64,000 nt of DNA. Origin: Antedon mediterranea. Its lineage: Eukaryota; Animalia; Echinodermata. The notes beneath the pieces were generated by a model. That model worked only from the letters and a program-made list of their open reading frames with translations. It was not told the origin of the DNA and made no database searches. Numbering within the stretch: position 1 is the stretch's first letter; the number at the start of each line of letters is the position of its first letter. Below are positions 11,198 to 26,451 of the stretch, piece after piece. Both the position numbers and the translations under genes were made by a program. Location of the stretch: assembly GCF_964355755.1 (NCBI RefSeq), contig NC_092676.1, forward strand, positions 13,658,871-13,722,870. Reading direction: 5' to 3'.

Positions 11198-14100
11198 TCA
11201 GGAGGGCATGTGAGAGGTGAGGTAGGTTAGCCCAGCTAGGCTAAACTAACCTGTAAGTAGTATTCTAGCATGGGAACGAGTTGGCACAGTGGTACGGGTT
11301 GACCCTTATCATTTTCTAGGGTGCTGGTCAACCCGTACCCATGCCAACTCGTACCCAATTTGGCTAACCCGTACTCAAATAATTGGTCAAATCGTACCAA
11401 CTTTGGCTAACCTGTACCCAAACTTTTAATAGCATTAAACATGGATACTGGTCAGCCCATGAAGAGTACAAGCCAGCCCTTGATGATTGCGAAAGTGAGC
11501 CAACATTTTGGGTACGATTAAACCAAAATTTGGTTACGAGTTGGAATTGGTACGGGTTGACCTGTATTCTTCTAGCTAATCTTACTAGGCCTCGAGTAGG
11601 TCTACGCTAAATTCCGGCTACAATAATGGTCTATTCTGTTTATAGCTTTATTGATACTGGGTTCAAATCTGGGTTGGGACGGCTTTTTCTCATTCAAAAA
11701 CAGATTTCCTTATAATAATAAAATAATATCGGCCTATGAATTTAACTTAATATTGTATTGTTTACATAATATTAGTAATTCCCATTGCATTTATTATTAT
11801 TATTATATATTTTACGGTTAACCCTTAATTATAGTAACTATAGTATAACTTCCTTGTTATATTTTACAATATTTTCTTCATAATTCAGCAATTTTTTTTT
11901 TCACAGCACAAATTATCATACTGAATCATCACACACCAAGTCTCATGAAATCTCTACTGTATTTCTGCAAGCTAATGCAGCTACATGGTATTGCCTTGAG
12001 GCTAAATTACACGGGTGTCACGAAACCTCAGACCACGAAAGCTCAGACCCCCTAAGACCTAAGATCACGAAAGCTAAGACCCAACACCTAAGATTACAAA
12101 TACTAAGATATACTACAGCTTAAAAACAATACTTGTTTATCCATACATAATTTTAAACACAGTAGGTTTCATTTATTACCATAAATATAATTTAATACTA
12201 CCGCAAAACATAGATAAACTCACATTATTTTCGCCCGTTGAGTAAATGTATATTTTTTCTTTACAACAAACAAACTTGACGGGTTGTTTGTTGGTATATA
12301 TTTACTCCATTGTGTTGGTTCAGAGGATGTTTTTCTTACGCACCTGCCTTTCTTGTATTTTGACTCCAAATTTGTTGACTAACTTTATCATGAACACCAC
12401 ACTTTAAAATTAGGACTTATAAGTACTTTCAGAAGGAGAAACACATAATAACAAATAAATAAATCCTTTAAATTGATGATTTTACAGATGTGTTTCTTTG
12501 TACTGTATACTGTAATGACAATGTAACTCCTCGAGCTCCCCATGCTCAATGTTTTTGTTTCTATGGAGCGCCAAAAGAGCAACAATAATAGTACAAGTAT
12601 AAAAACAGAAAGAAAACGAAACAAAAAAACTTATCATGATTTTTAAATTAAAATTTATTTGCCAGTATTTATTTCTTCGTACTTGCATGATTATACTATT
12701 ATCATTACAATTTTAATTTTACATTGTTCCATCCACACTGTAGATGGACTCCACAGAGTTTTCAGCCCTCTATATAATTTTTGCTCTTTTGACGTTCCAT
12801 AGAAACAAAAACATTGAACATGGCCCATGGGGTAGGCCTACTGTACTGTAGGCTAGTCATTTTGTGTGCGAGAAAAACGTCTGTAAAATCATCAATTTAA
12901 AAATGTATTTGTTACTTTTTATGCGATTCTTTTTCATGAAAGTGCCAATTCTAAGGTGTGGTATTCAGAATAAATGTTGGGAGTTAAAATACAAGGCAGG
13001 TGCGAAAGATAAATATTTGTAATCTTAGGTGTTGGGTCTTAGCTTTCGTGATCTTAGGTCTTAGGGGGTCTGAGCTTTCGTGGTCTGAGCTTTCGTGACA
13101 CCCTAAATTACACTGTATACTGGCACTACCATCATTCCTAGCCCACACATAAGTACAGTCGTGTACTACTGATTCCATCCTGTGGTCAAGGCTTTATTTG
13201 CTCTTATGCTTATTTCCTCTAACATACAGAGTACGTATGGCTTCTAATTTGCTTTTATACCGGTTAATTTAAAAATTATTTATGCCTATTGGTGCATAAA
13301 GATCAAATTTAGACTGTAAATACTGGAATGATACTAGAAAAATGCATACAGAGTTGTTTGTTTGTTTTATTCATAACTGTTGAATTGCATCCCAATACAT
13401 GGTACCTATTGGTATTATATCTATAAATATAAAGTACTCTCTTATAAATAGATGTATCTCTCCAAACTACTCCAACTACCTAATCTAATAATAGTACTAT
13501 TAGCATACTACTGTACACTTTGTAGACAAGAAATAAGTTGTATCCACCTAGAGGACTTATGGTAGTACTGTACAGTCGATCGTCCTCTCACTGGCCTGGT
13601 CAACATAATCTACGCCTAGATTATTACAGTAATTAAAAAGTACATTATTACAGAGATTTTTTTTTTTGCAGAAATCAAAGTTATGTGTATAGAAAGCAGT
13701 ACTCGTATTAAAAACTAAGCAGGTTGTACTGAACGCAAACTGGCAGGATATTTTGAATATTTTTTGTTCATTTTCCACGAACTGGAGACAAAGACATATT
13801 AAGACCCTTTTATTTAAATTTATTTGGATAGACCTCCATGTAAATTCATTAAAGGCTATATGATTGTTTTATATTTTAATAATGTGATAGTAGAAAACCA
13901 TTGTGCATAATGAGGACTATGAATCTAATATTTACTTGCATTCTCATCTTTTTAACATTTTATTTATAATGCTGGTAATGAATTTACTATTGAAAAGGTC
14001 ATGTTTCCACTTATCTCAAATGTTGGCACCCACCTCTAACCTTGGTAGAACTGACTGTGTTCTACATGAGTACATAGTAGTGTTTCCAGCATACTACTTC

Positions 14101-14955
14101 AACCTGGTAATTGAATAAATTTCATTGGGGTAACATTTAAACTAATTATCACCTTTAACATAAAGTATCCTCCTGAAACATGTATTTGTACTATACTTCA
14201 TCTAATATCCATTACTTAATACTAATTTATGTGATTTATGTCTAACTTCAGGACTCTGATCTGAGGCTAGAAGAACGAATTTCTGTACACATATAAAAAA
14301 TAAACCAATGTTTTCCTAATAATTTAACCCCTAGGTTGATAACTAACAAAGAAATTATTGAAATTATGTTCTCACAATATATAGGTGTACTGTATCTACA
14401 TATGCATGCTGCTGTACTTGTTTTTAACCGCATAATGGCATTGAAAACAAGAATGTTTTATAATTATTATAGGTTATTTCCAAATATTAAAGGTCTGAAA
14501 CAGAAACTAAATGTTACCAAACTATGTTTTTGAAAATCTCTATGATATAATATAATAATATGAACATAATATTAAATTATATTGATAATCATCATGTCCT
14601 TATAAATTCATTTATATTTCTTTTGTGTAATATAGTTCATATATTATGTATTAAATAAATTGGTAAGGCCCTATACTGTTTATATTTAAGGAAAGTTTAT
14701 ACACTATTATTTTATGCCTACCAATATTAGTATTGTTTATGTAACTATTTTGTCTAATTGCATTGATTTTTTGTATAGGCCAATGGCATTAATGTTTTTC
14801 TCAAAGCAAATTAGCCTAATAATGCCATATTTAGACACACAATTCATTGATTTCTGATATTCTGTACTTGTGTATGCATTACTAAAATAGTAGTTATTTT
14901 ATTTCATTTATAATGTATGTATAAACATTTATTCAGTTTTTTTTTTTACCTTTTT
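11198..14955 (+). repeat. Left arm of large inverted duplication
   Basis: Reverse complement of 18048-20225 plus 28626-28964 once nested insertions are removed. Confidence 0.88.
12013..13103. mobile_element. Palindromic MITE family C, copy 1
   Basis: GGGTGTCACGAAA...TTTCGTGACACCC; 10-bp TSD TAAATTACAC; empty site visible in the opposite arm near 19985. Confidence 0.92.
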
Positions 14956-15373
14956 AAGTTTAAAAAATATTAAAATACCTATCAACCTTTCTGTTATTGT
15001 TACTATTATAATATTTTTTGCAGAAGATTGATTTCAATAAAAAAATGTAAAAAAAATAAAACATTTAATTTGACTTATACTGTACTATGTTAGTTCAGGA
15101 GATGAAGTGTGTTGGTAGAATCTGGTGTGTTTGAGGTTGGTGATGTGAGGTGTATTTTTGTGACTTTAAGACCTAAATTAGATATGTTTTCTGAAGAAAA
15201 GAAGCGAATAAACTTCCCAATAAAATAGTATGTAACAGTGTATATTAAAGTACATTGAATGAATTCGAGCGGAAAAATAACACATATAAAAAAAACATTC
15301 ATTTCCTTGTCGAAAAGCGCCCTCTCTAGTTTTCTATTAATTTATTAATAATTATTATTAATTAATGAGTAAT

Positions 15374-17517
15374 CAGTGGGAAAGCCACTTCGCGTTTTGA
15401 CCGTTAAATCGTGTAAAATCTACTTACTTCCGCATTGACGATTTTGAAGCGCCACCTATCGTTGAAAACTGAAACCACGATTTTTCGTCGCCTAGCAAAT
15501 AAGTGCTGTTTTATTTTAAGCTCTCATGAATATTTAAGAACCGCCCAACATTACCTATTATGGTAAAAGCATTTCCTAATAAGTATAATTGAATAACCAA
15601 TCGGTTTCCTTCAAAGAAACCGAAGCTAATACAATACATTCGGCGACTGAAGTCGGGACTCGTGAAATTTATAAATGTGGTACGATTTGACTACTGTTTT
15701 GTTGTCCATTTTCTGAATAGTCGGAGGTGCATCCCAACAAATTAAAAAAATTGTAATCAATTGTTTTATCAAGAATAATATTAGTTTAATCGAGTATGAT
15801 ATATTTCTATCCTGTTCAAAATGTGTTGGTGTATTCTCAGGCCTCGAAAGGTAGGTACATTTTCTAGCTGTGAGCGTGGTTTCGGCAACGCGAGACACGT
15901 GTGTCAGTATAGGCGATAGCGAGAGACGTGTGTTGTACTGTGTTGATGCTGATCCGATAGTCGTTAAGTTGTACATACTGATTACGAGTATCATTGGTCC
16001 TGGCCGGCCTAGCCTGGTGATCTGATCCCCCCAAAAAAATACTTTTTTTCAATCAGTATTAATATTATTATTTTATTTTTCATTTATTATTTGATTTATT
16101 AGGCTCAATAGATGCCTAGCTAGGCTACTAGTAGGCCTAGATTATATAAATAATAATAGTAAATACTGTAATTTAATTAATAAAATACAGCTTCCATTTG
16201 CCTTACTTTTATGTCATCATATAATATTATAATTATATATACAAACAACCAGACATTAACATTTTTTTTAAATAATATTTATTATTTTTTCTGACACTTT
16301 CAGGAATCGTTGATGATGCAGAGTTCTTTGTCTTTGTGACTTCAAACTGAAAGTGAAGTGGATACTATAATTTAATTATTTAAAACAAAATGTTGAATTA
16401 CAAATATATAATATGTATGTTGTTTGCAGAGGATTTAGATGAATTACAATACAAATATTTATGTTGAATGCAAACCTACTACACTATACTCTGTAAATTA
16501 TGTTATTGTCATGTGGTAGACCTTAAAAATTGAATATTTATTGTATGTTAGGCCTATTTTATATTTTATTAATAGTAATACTGTATTAGTTTAATATTAC
16601 TATTAATTTATATTTAATACAGTACTAGTTTGTACATGTTTTTACCCCAAAAAATGAATAAATAATTTGTTATTCAATCTAATTGCTTGTTTGTTCATCA
16701 ATAACAAAACAATTGTAAGCAAGTATATAACAGTTCTTGTTAGCCGCTTATTTCAGGTCATATTATTAATATTAGCTAGGCCCGACGCGCCCGATCACAA
16801 CGTCACTAAGTGACTTTCCGCCCCTGGAACAATCGCTCGCTAATAGGGCTAGGCCTCGGACTCTTATAAAAGCTATTATAATAGTTATGATAAATATCCC
16901 TCAACTAAAATGTATACTGTGATAAATAAACAAGTAATAATATACGTTGTATTGGAATGTATTTATTTATATGAATTCTTATACGCGGACAATTATAAAC
17001 ATCGCGTATATCGTTCGCTATAAATAAATCCATAAACACGATGACGATGTGTTTACAAAATGGCGGTTTCGCTAGTTTTCGATGGAACAAATAGTGGTAC
17101 CTTTAGTTTGAATAGTCGGAGCTGCATCCCAACCACCGAATTTTGTATCTTAATATCGTATTCTGTTGATTATTAATTTTTCTAACAGGGATTTTAAATT
17201 CAGGACTGTTCAATTTTTCTAAATATTTTATTTTAATGATTTTCTAGGGTACAATTTCGGAAAAAAGACATTGGTTGATTTTGCCGTTAAATTACAGATT
17301 ATCGTTTTGTTCAAATACATTTAATTTTACATGACAATATATTAAAACCATTTATGAATTTATTTCACTAACAACATTTTTCCGATAATCAACTAAATTT
17401 ACAAATATTGTGTTTTTCCAACACCCTAAAATTTAGCAATTTTGAACTAAATTAGAAAAGTAGGGCGCCCTCTCCGAGTCGAAATTTGACACGATTTGTC
17501 GACTGGCTGTCCCACTG
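15374..17517. mobile_element. Putative non-autonomous DNA transposon with short TIR
   Basis: CAGTGGGAAAGCCA vs reverse complement CAGTGGGACAGCCA, shared subterminal AAATCGTGT; TAAT on both flanks. Confidence 0.5.
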
Positions 17518-17648
17518 TAATATAAACATATTTTTAACATTTCATGCTGGAAGCTGATTCTACTCCAAACAAAGTTTCATACCTCCAAATTTCATCAACG
17601 TATTCAAAGCACTTCAATAAATATCACATTGAACATTAAAAATTAGGG

Positions 17649-18050
17649 TTATGGATAGAATTCTGCTTAAAACATATACAAAAAACATCGATAAAAAAAT
17701 ATTTTTCGTATTCAAAAACATTTGATACTTGGTATAAATGTTCAATATAGGTTGCTCCATCCATATTGCAAAAAAAAAATAACTATCGAGCCATATTACT
17801 GATTTTTTAAATTTACGTTTTTACAAAATGTACACTTATGAAAGACCATACAATTCCAATGCATTTTTTAAACCTAATAACGATTTTGAAAAAAACAACC
17901 AAAAAAAAACGTTCATCAATGAAATTTTGTTTCTGTGAATAGAGCAACCTATATTGAACATATAAAAGAAGTTTCAAATGTTTTTAAATTCGAAAAGTAT
18001 TTTTTATCGATGTTTTTTGTATATGTTTTTAAGCAAAATTCTATCCATAA
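17649..18050. repeat. ~110-bp inverted repeat pair (MITE-like)
   Basis: 17649-17757 is an imperfect reverse complement of 17942-18050. Confidence 0.7.
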
Positions 18051-20225
18051 AAAATGTAAAAAAAAATTGAATAAAAGTTTATACATACATTATAAATGAA
18101 ATAAAATAACTAATATTTTAGTAATGCATACACAAGTACAGAATATCAGAAATCAATGAATTATGTTTAAAATATGGCATTATTAGGCTAATTTGATTTG
18201 AGAAAACATTAATGCCATTGGCCTATACAAAAAATCAATGCAATTAGACAAAATAGTTACATAAACAATTAATACTAATATTGGTAGGCATAAAATAATA
18301 GTGTATATAAACTTTCCTTAAATATAAACAGTATAGGGCCTTACCAATTTATTTAATACATAATATATGAACTATATTACACAAAAGAAATATAAATGAA
18401 TTTATAAGGACATGATGATTATCAAAAATAGTCAATATAATTTAATATTATGTTCATATTATTATATTATATCATAGAGATTTTCAAAAACATAGTTTGG
18501 TAACATTTAGTTTCTGTTTCAGACCTTTAATATTTGGAAATAACATAATAATTATAAAACATTCTTTTTTTTTAATGCCATTATGCGGTTAAAAACAAGT
18601 ACAGCAGTATGCATATGTAGATACAGTACACATATATTGTGAGAACACAATTTCAATAATTTCTTTGTTAGTTATCAACCTAGGGGTTAACTTTTTAGGA
18701 AAACATTGGTTTATTTTTTATATAATTATATGTGCAGAAATTCGTTCTTCAAGCCTCAGATCATTCCTGAAGTTAGACATAAATCACCCAAATTAGTATT
18801 AAGTAATTAAATGAATAGTAGATGAAGAGGATACTTTATGTTAAAGGTGATAATTTTACCCCGATGAAATGTATTCAATTACCAGGTTGAAGTATGGTGG
18901 AAACACTACTATATGGCAAATTAAATGTACTCATATAGAACACAGTCAGTTCTACCAAGGTTAGAGGTGTGCCACAATTTGAGATAAGTGGACACATGAC
19001 TTTTTCAATAGTAAATTCATTACCAGCATTATAAATAAAATTTTAAAAAGATGAGAATGCAAGTAAATATCAAATTCATAGTCCTCATTATACACAATGA
19101 TTTTCTACTATCACATATTAAAATATAAAACAATCATATAGCCTTTTTTAATGAATTTACATGGAGGTCTATCCAAATAAATTTAAATAAAAGGGTCGTA
19201 ATATGTCTTCGTCTCCAGTTCGTGGAAATTGAAGTTGAGATTCCATCATTTCAACAACAAAAAATATTCAAAATTTTCCTGCCAGTTTGCGTTCAAGAGT
19301 ACAACCTGCTTAGTTTTTAATACGAGTACTGCTTTCTATACACATAACTTTGATTTCTGAAAAAAAAAAATCCCTGTAATAATGTACTTTAATTACTGTA
19401 ATAATCTAGGCGTAGATTATGTTGACCAGACCAGTGAGAGGACGATCGACTGTACAGTACTAACATAAGTCCTCTAGGTGGATACAACTTATTTCTTGTC
19501 TACAAAGTGTACAGTAGTATGCTAATAGTACTATTATTAGATTAGGTAGTTGGAGTAGTTTGGAGAGATACATCTATTTATAAGAGAGTACTTTATTATT
19601 ATAGATATAATACCAATAGGTACCATGTATTAGGATGCAATTCAACAGTTATGAATAAAAAAAAAACTCTGTATGCTTTTTTTCTGGCTGTGAAATATAA
19701 AATTGTTAAATGAAAAAGAAAATTTAGGGGGATCATCCCCGTATTTACAGTCTAAATTTGATCTTTATGCAACAATAGGCATAAACGATTTTTTAATTAA
19801 CAGGTATAAAAGCAAATTAAAAGCTCTACGTACTCTGTATGTTGGAGGAAATCAGCATAAGTGCAAATAAATCCTTGACCACAGGATGTAATTCACTATT
19901 TGGAATCAGTAGTACACGACTGCGTTGGACCATAATGTGGTCCAGGTTGACGGGCCAGGAATGATGGTAGTGCCCAGTATACAGTGTAGTTTAGCCTCAA
20001 GGCAATACCATGTAGCTGGATTAGCTTGGAGAAATACACTAGAGATTTCATGAGATTTGGTGTGTGATAATTCAGTTTGATAATTAGCTGTGAAAAAAAA
20101 GTGTTGAATTATGAAGAAAATATTGTAAAATATAACAAGGAAGTTATACTATAGTATAATTAAGGGGTAACCGTAAAATATATTATAATAATAAATGCAA
20201 TGGGAATTACTATTACTACTAATAT

Positions 20226-21239
20226 TTTTACGGTTCAGGATATTCGACTGCGAAAGAATTACATAGACCTCAGTTAGAAGTTGTTAACTCTGGATCGAGC
20301 ACTTTAATAATCTTAACACACTACAATCATAATGACGAGTGTTAACACATGAAACAATTTAACTAATACATCAATCTAGCTATTGGTCCTTTACCCAACA
20401 TTATGTTTAATAACTAACTAAATAATCTCTACATAAACTCGTTAATTATTGATTGAATTATCTGACTGAATTAAACCAAAAACATGATACATTAATTTAA
20501 GGTCATCTTATCAGTGTATACAACTCTACACTAGCATATGTGATTTCTAAATAAGGAAACCAGTATAGTTATAAAACCCAATTCTAAATTGGTACCCTGG
20601 GTGTAGTTATCAGTGCAACAATGACTCACTACCTTGGTTACCATAGTAACGGCCAGTTCCACTAGCAGAGCCTTACATACCACAGCAATTAATGGCAAGG
20701 TCATTAACCTTATACATTGTATATACTCTTTTTGTTAACAGGGCCTCTAATAGCTATTGAGCCTAATAATTCGTTACATTATATTGACATAAAATGAAAG
20801 TATAAACATTTAGCTATTATCTCTATCCTGTACTAAATACATAACTTAATCATCTAGCATTAACCTTAAAATATAATGATTGTTTTCTAAAATGAACAAC
20901 AATCATCTGATCACAGTATTCGCTCTGTTTATCCTCTCAGTTTCTTACTTAATAATTTCAATCTGGGTACTGGAGAAATAACTCAGTATCCTTATGAAAC
21001 ATAACATAACAAATTGTCATAATTATAATATATATAAGTTAAAAAGAATATAAAATATCATAAACTTACCTGCGAAAGAATTACATAGACCTCAGTTAGA
21101 AGTTGTTAACTCTGGATGGAGCACTTTAATAATGATGAGCTCAATGCCAGAGGCAACAACCTCAAACTGGTCATGTGACTTTCCACAGGTCATTGGATCT
21201 TGAAATTTAATAGGGGCCTACTTTTCTGTGCAGGTAACA
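20226..21239 (-). repeat. 3' LTR
   Basis: Near-identical to 27612-28625; starts TGTTACC on minus, preceded by PPT TGGGGGGGAGTA. Confidence 0.95.
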
Positions 21240-21758
21240 TACTCCCCCCACAAATGTGATGTCGTCCCCGACATCCACAAACGAATACACATATTTATTA
21301 AATTTCAGTTATTTACAGTTTATCTAAGTGATAATTGCTACAGTTCATTGTGTCACAATATTAGAATGTAGGATCCAGCTTCTTACAGTTAGCCATAGCT
21401 AAACTCCTGATACTACCTCATTCCATGGTGTCCAAGAGGGATGTGCAAGGGTTGCATGCATGCGACATACCCATGCGTCGTCCAATAACGATACATCCAT
21501 AGAAGAGCTGGTACATGTTATCTGTCGACAACTGTACACAATGCACTGTCATTACCAGGTTGGTTCCAGTTTGTGATTCCCCGTAGATACCATCTCCATG
21601 TTTATGCACAGCCTGAATAGTTACCTGTTGCTCATGGTACATTATCAACCATCTCTTTGTAGTACTCAATCACAAACACTTGTAAGTTCTGTCAATAACC
21701 AATTGGGTAACAAATAAATCCACTTTCTTTTACAATCAATGTTCAATTTCATCAGGTC

Positions 21759-24700
21759 CTAACACTTTCTGTGAAACATTGGATATTGGCCTGGTACAGT
21801 AGGTGGTATCCATTGTCTGGTAGGATGAAATTCTGTACAGATTGGTTGTTGAGTTGCATATTGAGTTGGTTGTGGATAAAATTGGATAGGTCCATTCCGG
21901 TAGTGGTTGTCCCAATATGGATTTTGTAGTGGTCTGGTGTTAGCACCATTTATCTGCATACAGCCTGGTGCTGGTGTGCCCAAGTTGTGGTAGCCAAACA
22001 AAGTAGGAGGTTGGCGATGACGAACTGGTCGTCCAATCTCTGCTGCTGGTACCTGTTCATTTGAACTAACTGGTTCATCCATATCAGCATGTTGTGTGTC
22101 GCCGGCTGCCTCCATGTGCTTTTCATCCACTGTAGAATCCTCTGCTGTTGGTGGGGTGGCATATGGTTCAACTTGTACCAATGAATCATTACTGGTACAT
22201 GCATATTGTGGTTCTGGATTGGTTAATAGGGGATATTGTAAATATACTTCATCTTCTTCATCCGAACCTACTGAATCTGTCTCAGGTTGTGGTGTAACCT
22301 TCTCCGTCGAATCACTAGGTAATCGTTGTTCTGGAGTTATCTTTGTCTTCTTTTTCGATGCAACATTTTGAGTATCTGGTACTAAAGCGTCACAGGGACA
22401 AAGTAAATTCCTATGTAGAGTCCGTACTCTACCATTACCGTTTTCTGGGCGAACTTCATACACTGGCAACTCCTGTTTTTGCGCCACCACTATGTATATT
22501 CTGTCCTCATAGAAGCTTTGAAGTTTCCCAGGACCACCTGGTGGAACACAGTTCTTGATCAGGACTCTATCACCTGGTGATAATGATGTACTGATTGGCC
22601 GTTGTTGGTCATGTCGGTGTTTACTTCTTTCTGCTAATTTCTGCATATTCGATCTAGCTAAAGTGTATGCCTCTTCCATCCTCATTTTCCAGTTCTTGGC
22701 ATATTCATGGTGTTCACTTGCAGCGGCATCACCATCTGGGGATAATCCAAATGCAAGATCAATTGGCAGTCGGGATGACCGCCCATACAATAAGTAATGA
22801 GGTGAATAACCTGTGCTTTCATGTCGAGTAACATTATAGGCATGAACAACCTTGTTGAGATGTTGTTTCCAGTCATGCTTCTGCTCTGTAGTTAAAGTGC
22901 GGAGCATTGACAACAGGGTTCGGTTGAACCTCTCGACCTGTCCATTCCCCTGAAGGTGATATGGTGTAGTTCGGGAACCCCTGACTTCACTGAGTTGTTC
23001 AAGGCGTCGAAATAGAGAGTTTTCAAATTCACGACCCTGGTCATGATGTAGTCTGCGTGGATAACCGAACTTCAGAACAAAGTCGTTGAAAATCCTGTCA
23101 GCAACTGTCTTGCCCGACTTGTTGGTGGTTGGATAAGCCTGAGCGAATCTTGTAAAATGATCCATCACTACGAGGATGTACTCATATCCTCCTTTACATT
23201 TGTCAAGGTGAAGGAAATCTATGGAGACAAGTTCAAATGGTTCCGATGTCTTGATGTTTACCAGAGGTGCACGTGTAATTCTGGATGGCTTCTTGTCTTT
23301 CACACAACTACATTCTTGTTTTATATAATGGTTGATGTTAGTTTCCATGTGAGGCCAGTAGAACCTCTCTCGGATTAGTATAAGTACCCTCTCAGTGCCA
23401 AGATGTCCCATCTCATTATGTAGCGATTTGAGTATCATCGGACGAAGGCTTTTCGGGATCAATAGTTGTGTCCTAGTCTTCGTCGTCCGGCGAAGAATAC
23501 CATCTTTATCAAGATGGATTTTACTCCACTCCCGCATCAGGGTCCTGGTTTCAGGAATCTCATTGGTGCGCTCGGCTCTAGTGGGCCATCTACCTTTGGT
23601 TTTGTATTCTCGGAATCTTGCAAGGGCAGGGTCATCTTCTTGAGCCAAACGTACTTCCGCAATTGATAATGTAGATAGGTTCGGTGTGATGCCAAATGGT
23701 TGGTCTTGTATATGCACATGATCGGTAACGATATGATTGATGTAAGCAAAGTCAGCTGTTTGTTGTATTGCAATACCTTGAACAACGGCATCCATTACCA
23801 ATGGTGAAATTTCTTCAGTACATTGATCAAATTCACTGGGTGACATCGGAATTCTTGATAGTACATCTGCATCTTCGTTGTTGCGACCTGGCCTGTATTT
23901 AATGGTAAAATTAAAGTCTGCAAGTTCTGCAACCCATCTATGACCTACGGCATTCAATTTGGCAGTGGTTAGTATGTAAGTTAGAGGATTGTTGTCCGTA
24001 TAAACGGTAAATGACTTTGCAAAGGATAGGTAATCTCTGAAGTGACTAGTTATGGCCCACTTCAGAGCTAGGAATTCCAGCTTGCCTGAGTGAAGGTGAT
24101 AATTCTTTTCCGCTGGTGTAAGGGAACGAGATCCGTATCCTATGACTCGTAGTACTCCATCTTGGCGTTGATATAAGACCGCACCAAGTCCATCTTGTGA
24201 GGCATCTGTATGCAGCTCAAACGGTCTCTCAAAATCAGGAAACGCCATAATCGGAGCTCGGCTTAACTCGTCAATGAATGAATCAACTATTTGTTGGTAC
24301 TCTGGGAGCCATGTTATTGGAGTTGAAGATGGAACTTGTCCGTTGTCCTTTCTATTACTGTGTTTCTTCTGTTTCTTTCTCTGGTTCTTTTTATTGGTTG
24401 ATTGGTTATTCTTTGTAGTAGTACCAGCTTGAGTTAGCAGCACAAATAATGGTTTGGCTCGCTTGGAGTAGTCCCTAAGATACCGACGGTAATATCCCGT
24501 AAATCCTAGCAGTTTTCTTACTTCCCCTACAGTCCGAGGAATGTTGGACTTCAAGGTGTATAATGCTTCGGTGTCTCGAGGGTCAGGCCGGTAGCCTTCG
24601 TGGCTAATGATTTTCCCCAAGTACTTCACTTCAGATTGAAACAGTTTGCATTTGGCAGGTTTCAATTTCATTCCTTTTTCTTGTATACGTTTTAGTACTT

Positions 24701-26066
24701 TCTGTAGGTTGATTTGATGTTCTTCGAATGTCTTTCCATAAACAATAATATCGTCTAGGTAGACCTCACAGATTTGGTGGTTTAGACCTTCTAATGCGTC
24801 TTCCATGCATTGTTGGTATGCAGCTGGGGCATTCTTGAGTCCAAAAGGTATTCGGACCCATTCATGAAGACCCCAAGGTGTTACAAAAGCGGTGAGTGGT
24901 CTGCTATCGGTTGTCATATATCCTTGATGGTACGCCTTTCCTTGATCAAGGGTACTAAACCAGCGGTTCCCACCAAGGCTGTCGAGAACGTCTTGAATTC
25001 GGGGAATAGGTTGGCAATCAGGGATCGTCTTGCGGTTTAACTCCCGATAATCAATGCATAACCGAAGTCCTCCATCCTTCTTACGAACGCACACGACGGG
25101 TGATGCATACGGAGATTCGGATTTGACGATCCACCCTCGATCAATTAAATCAGTAAGGTAGTCTTTGACTTCCTGAAAAAGAGGTCTTGGTATGGACTGA
25201 TACGTCTTCTGGACTGGGATGTTATCGAGTAAGTTAATCTTCATTTGTAGGCTTGGTATCGAACCCATGTCTTGCTCACCGTGGGAGAAACTATTGGATT
25301 CTTCGTCAAGCATCTGATTTACTATATGCTGTTGATCGCAACTTAGATGACTCAAGTCAAGTTGAGACTTCCAGTTTCTAGTATTGATTTCTGGCGTCAC
25401 ATCTACTCTGGCCGTCTGTACCCCTACTGTTGGCACAACTTCATCGCTTCCAGCTTCGAACACACCTCGATAGATAGCTCTCACAAGTTGTAACTTCCCC
25501 AATAAGGTCTTCTTGGGAATTATCAAATTTTGGTCCGTTTTGTTGGTAACTGAGACTCTGATATCATTACAGGGACGGCATGTTAGCTCTACTACATTTT
25601 CGTTGACTTCTAATCCATCGGGGAGATGTGGTTCAAGTAATGGTTCAATTATCACCATCATCTTCTCCTGGATAGGACCAGTTATAGCTCTAACTCGTAT
25701 GAACGTTGTCTGTTTCGCTGGGACCTCATGTACCAAATTTCCTGAATATATATTACAAAAATCTGTAGGATCGGAATTTCGCATCATTGAAATTAACTTC
25801 TGAGCTTTGATGTTATTACATTTTGAAAATGATGTTTTTATTGTCCTAACAAGTTCTGGTTGCTCAATTTGTACAATTTCCTTGATTACGTTGTAGCCAA
25901 TGATTGGTTGTGGAAGTTCATCAGCTGTTACTAAGACTGGTACTAAAGTAGAAAATGTTGAGGGATCATTATTATTAGTAGATAAAAGTTGAAATTTCAG
26001 AGAAAGCCATCCTATATAAGGTATATCAGTACCATTTGCAGCAGTAAGTTTGAGACCTGATTGCAA
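21759..26066 (-). CDS. pol: Pol polyprotein (protease C-terminal part, RT, RNase H, integrase)
   Basis: 1435-aa ORF: [47 protein letters not shown], integrase H-H-C-C and D-D-E ([23 protein letters not shown]). The start is not a true initiation site. Confidence 0.95.
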   Translation of the reverse strand: MQSGLKLTAANGTDIPYIGWLSLKFQLLSTNNNDPSTFSTLVPVLVTADELPQPIIGYNVIKEIVQIEQPELVRTIKTSFSKCNNIKAQKLISMMRNSDPTDFCNIYSGNLVHEVPAKQTTFIRVRAITGPIQEKMMVIIEPLLEPHLPDGLEVNENVVELTCRPCNDIRVSVTNKTDQNLIIPKKTLLGKLQLVRAIYRGVFEAGSDEVVPTVGVQTARVDVTPEINTRNWKSQLDLSHLSCDQQHIVNQMLDEESNSFSHGEQDMGSIPSLQMKINLLDNIPVQKTYQSIPRPLFQEVKDYLTDLIDRGWIVKSESPYASPVVCVRKKDGGLRLCIDYRELNRKTIPDCQPIPRIQDVLDSLGGNRWFSTLDQGKAYHQGYMTTDSRPLTAFVTPWGLHEWVRIPFGLKNAPAAYQQCMEDALEGLNHQICEVYLDDIIVYGKTFEEHQINLQKVLKRIQEKGMKLKPAKCKLFQSEVKYLGKIISHEGYRPDPRDTEALYTLKSNIPRTVGEVRKLLGFTGYYRRYLRDYSKRAKPLFVLLTQAGTTTKNNQSTNKKNQRKKQKKHSNRKDNGQVPSSTPITWLPEYQQIVDSFIDELSRAPIMAFPDFERPFELHTDASQDGLGAVLYQRQDGVLRVIGYGSRSLTPAEKNYHLHSGKLEFLALKWAITSHFRDYLSFAKSFTVYTDNNPLTYILTTAKLNAVGHRWVAELADFNFTIKYRPGRNNEDADVLSRIPMSPSEFDQCTEEISPLVMDAVVQGIAIQQTADFAYINHIVTDHVHIQDQPFGITPNLSTLSIAEVRLAQEDDPALARFREYKTKGRWPTRAERTNEIPETRTLMREWSKIHLDKDGILRRTTKTRTQLLIPKSLRPMILKSLHNEMGHLGTERVLILIRERFYWPHMETNINHYIKQECSCVKDKKPSRITRAPLVNIKTSEPFELVSIDFLHLDKCKGGYEYILVVMDHFTRFAQAYPTTNKSGKTVADRIFNDFVLKFGYPRRLHHDQGREFENSLFRRLEQLSEVRGSRTTPYHLQGNGQVERFNRTLLSMLRTLTTEQKHDWKQHLNKVVHAYNVTRHESTGYSPHYLLYGRSSRLPIDLAFGLSPDGDAAASEHHEYAKNWKMRMEEAYTLARSNMQKLAERSKHRHDQQRPISTSLSPGDRVLIKNCVPPGGPGKLQSFYEDRIYIVVAQKQELPVYEVRPENGNGRVRTLHRNLLCPCDALVPDTQNVASKKKTKITPEQRLPSDSTEKVTPQPETDSVGSDEEDEVYLQYPLLTNPEPQYACTSNDSLVQVEPYATPPTAEDSTVDEKHMEAAGDTQHADMDEPVSSNEQVPAAEIGRPVRHRQPPTLFGYHNLGTPAPGCMQINGANTRPLQNPYWDNHYRNGPIQFYPQPTQYATQQPICTEFHPTRQWIPPTVPGQYPMFHRKC

Positions 26067-26451
26067 AAAGCTCCCTTAAATTCCTCAGCGGTTCACCTTG
26101 GCAATTTGTCTTCCACCATGTCTGAGACACTATCGACACTTGAGAACCTGTGTCCCATAGAACCTCTTCAATGTTCCCGTTTAATTTGCATTTGACAGTG
26201 CATCGTCTACCTATGAGGTTGACTAATCTTAGGTGTTGCCCAGGTGTGAGGTGGCTAATTTGGTGCTTCTTTTCTGGATCAAACTTCGACTGGTTACTGT
26301 GACTTCCTTTCGAGTGATCAATCCCAGACTGGCCTTGATACATGTGATCACCTTTGGCCACCTCTATCTCACGCTTCTTGGAGTTAGGGGACATGTTGGG
26401 TTTTTCTACGATCATTCCAAGTCCCGTTGGGATGATCGGGGTCCGTTTCCC
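26026..26451 (-). CDS. pol: Pol N-terminal segment with aspartic protease active site
   Basis: [12 protein letters not shown] motif; entered from gag at GGGAAAC; out of frame with the rest of pol at a T5 run near 26065-26069. Confidence 0.85.
   Translation of the reverse strand, partial: GKRTPIIPTGLGMIVEKPNMSPNSKKREIEVAKGDHMYQGQSGIDHSKGSHSNQSKFDPEKKHQISHLTPGQHLRLVNLIGRRCTVKCKLNGNIEEVLWDTGSQVSIVSQTWWKTNCQGEPLRNLRELFAIRSQTYCCKWY

Noticed and set aside
21418-21669. Possible env or third ORF of the Gypsy element
   Set aside because: Only 83 aa, non-ATG start, no signal peptide or transmembrane segment.
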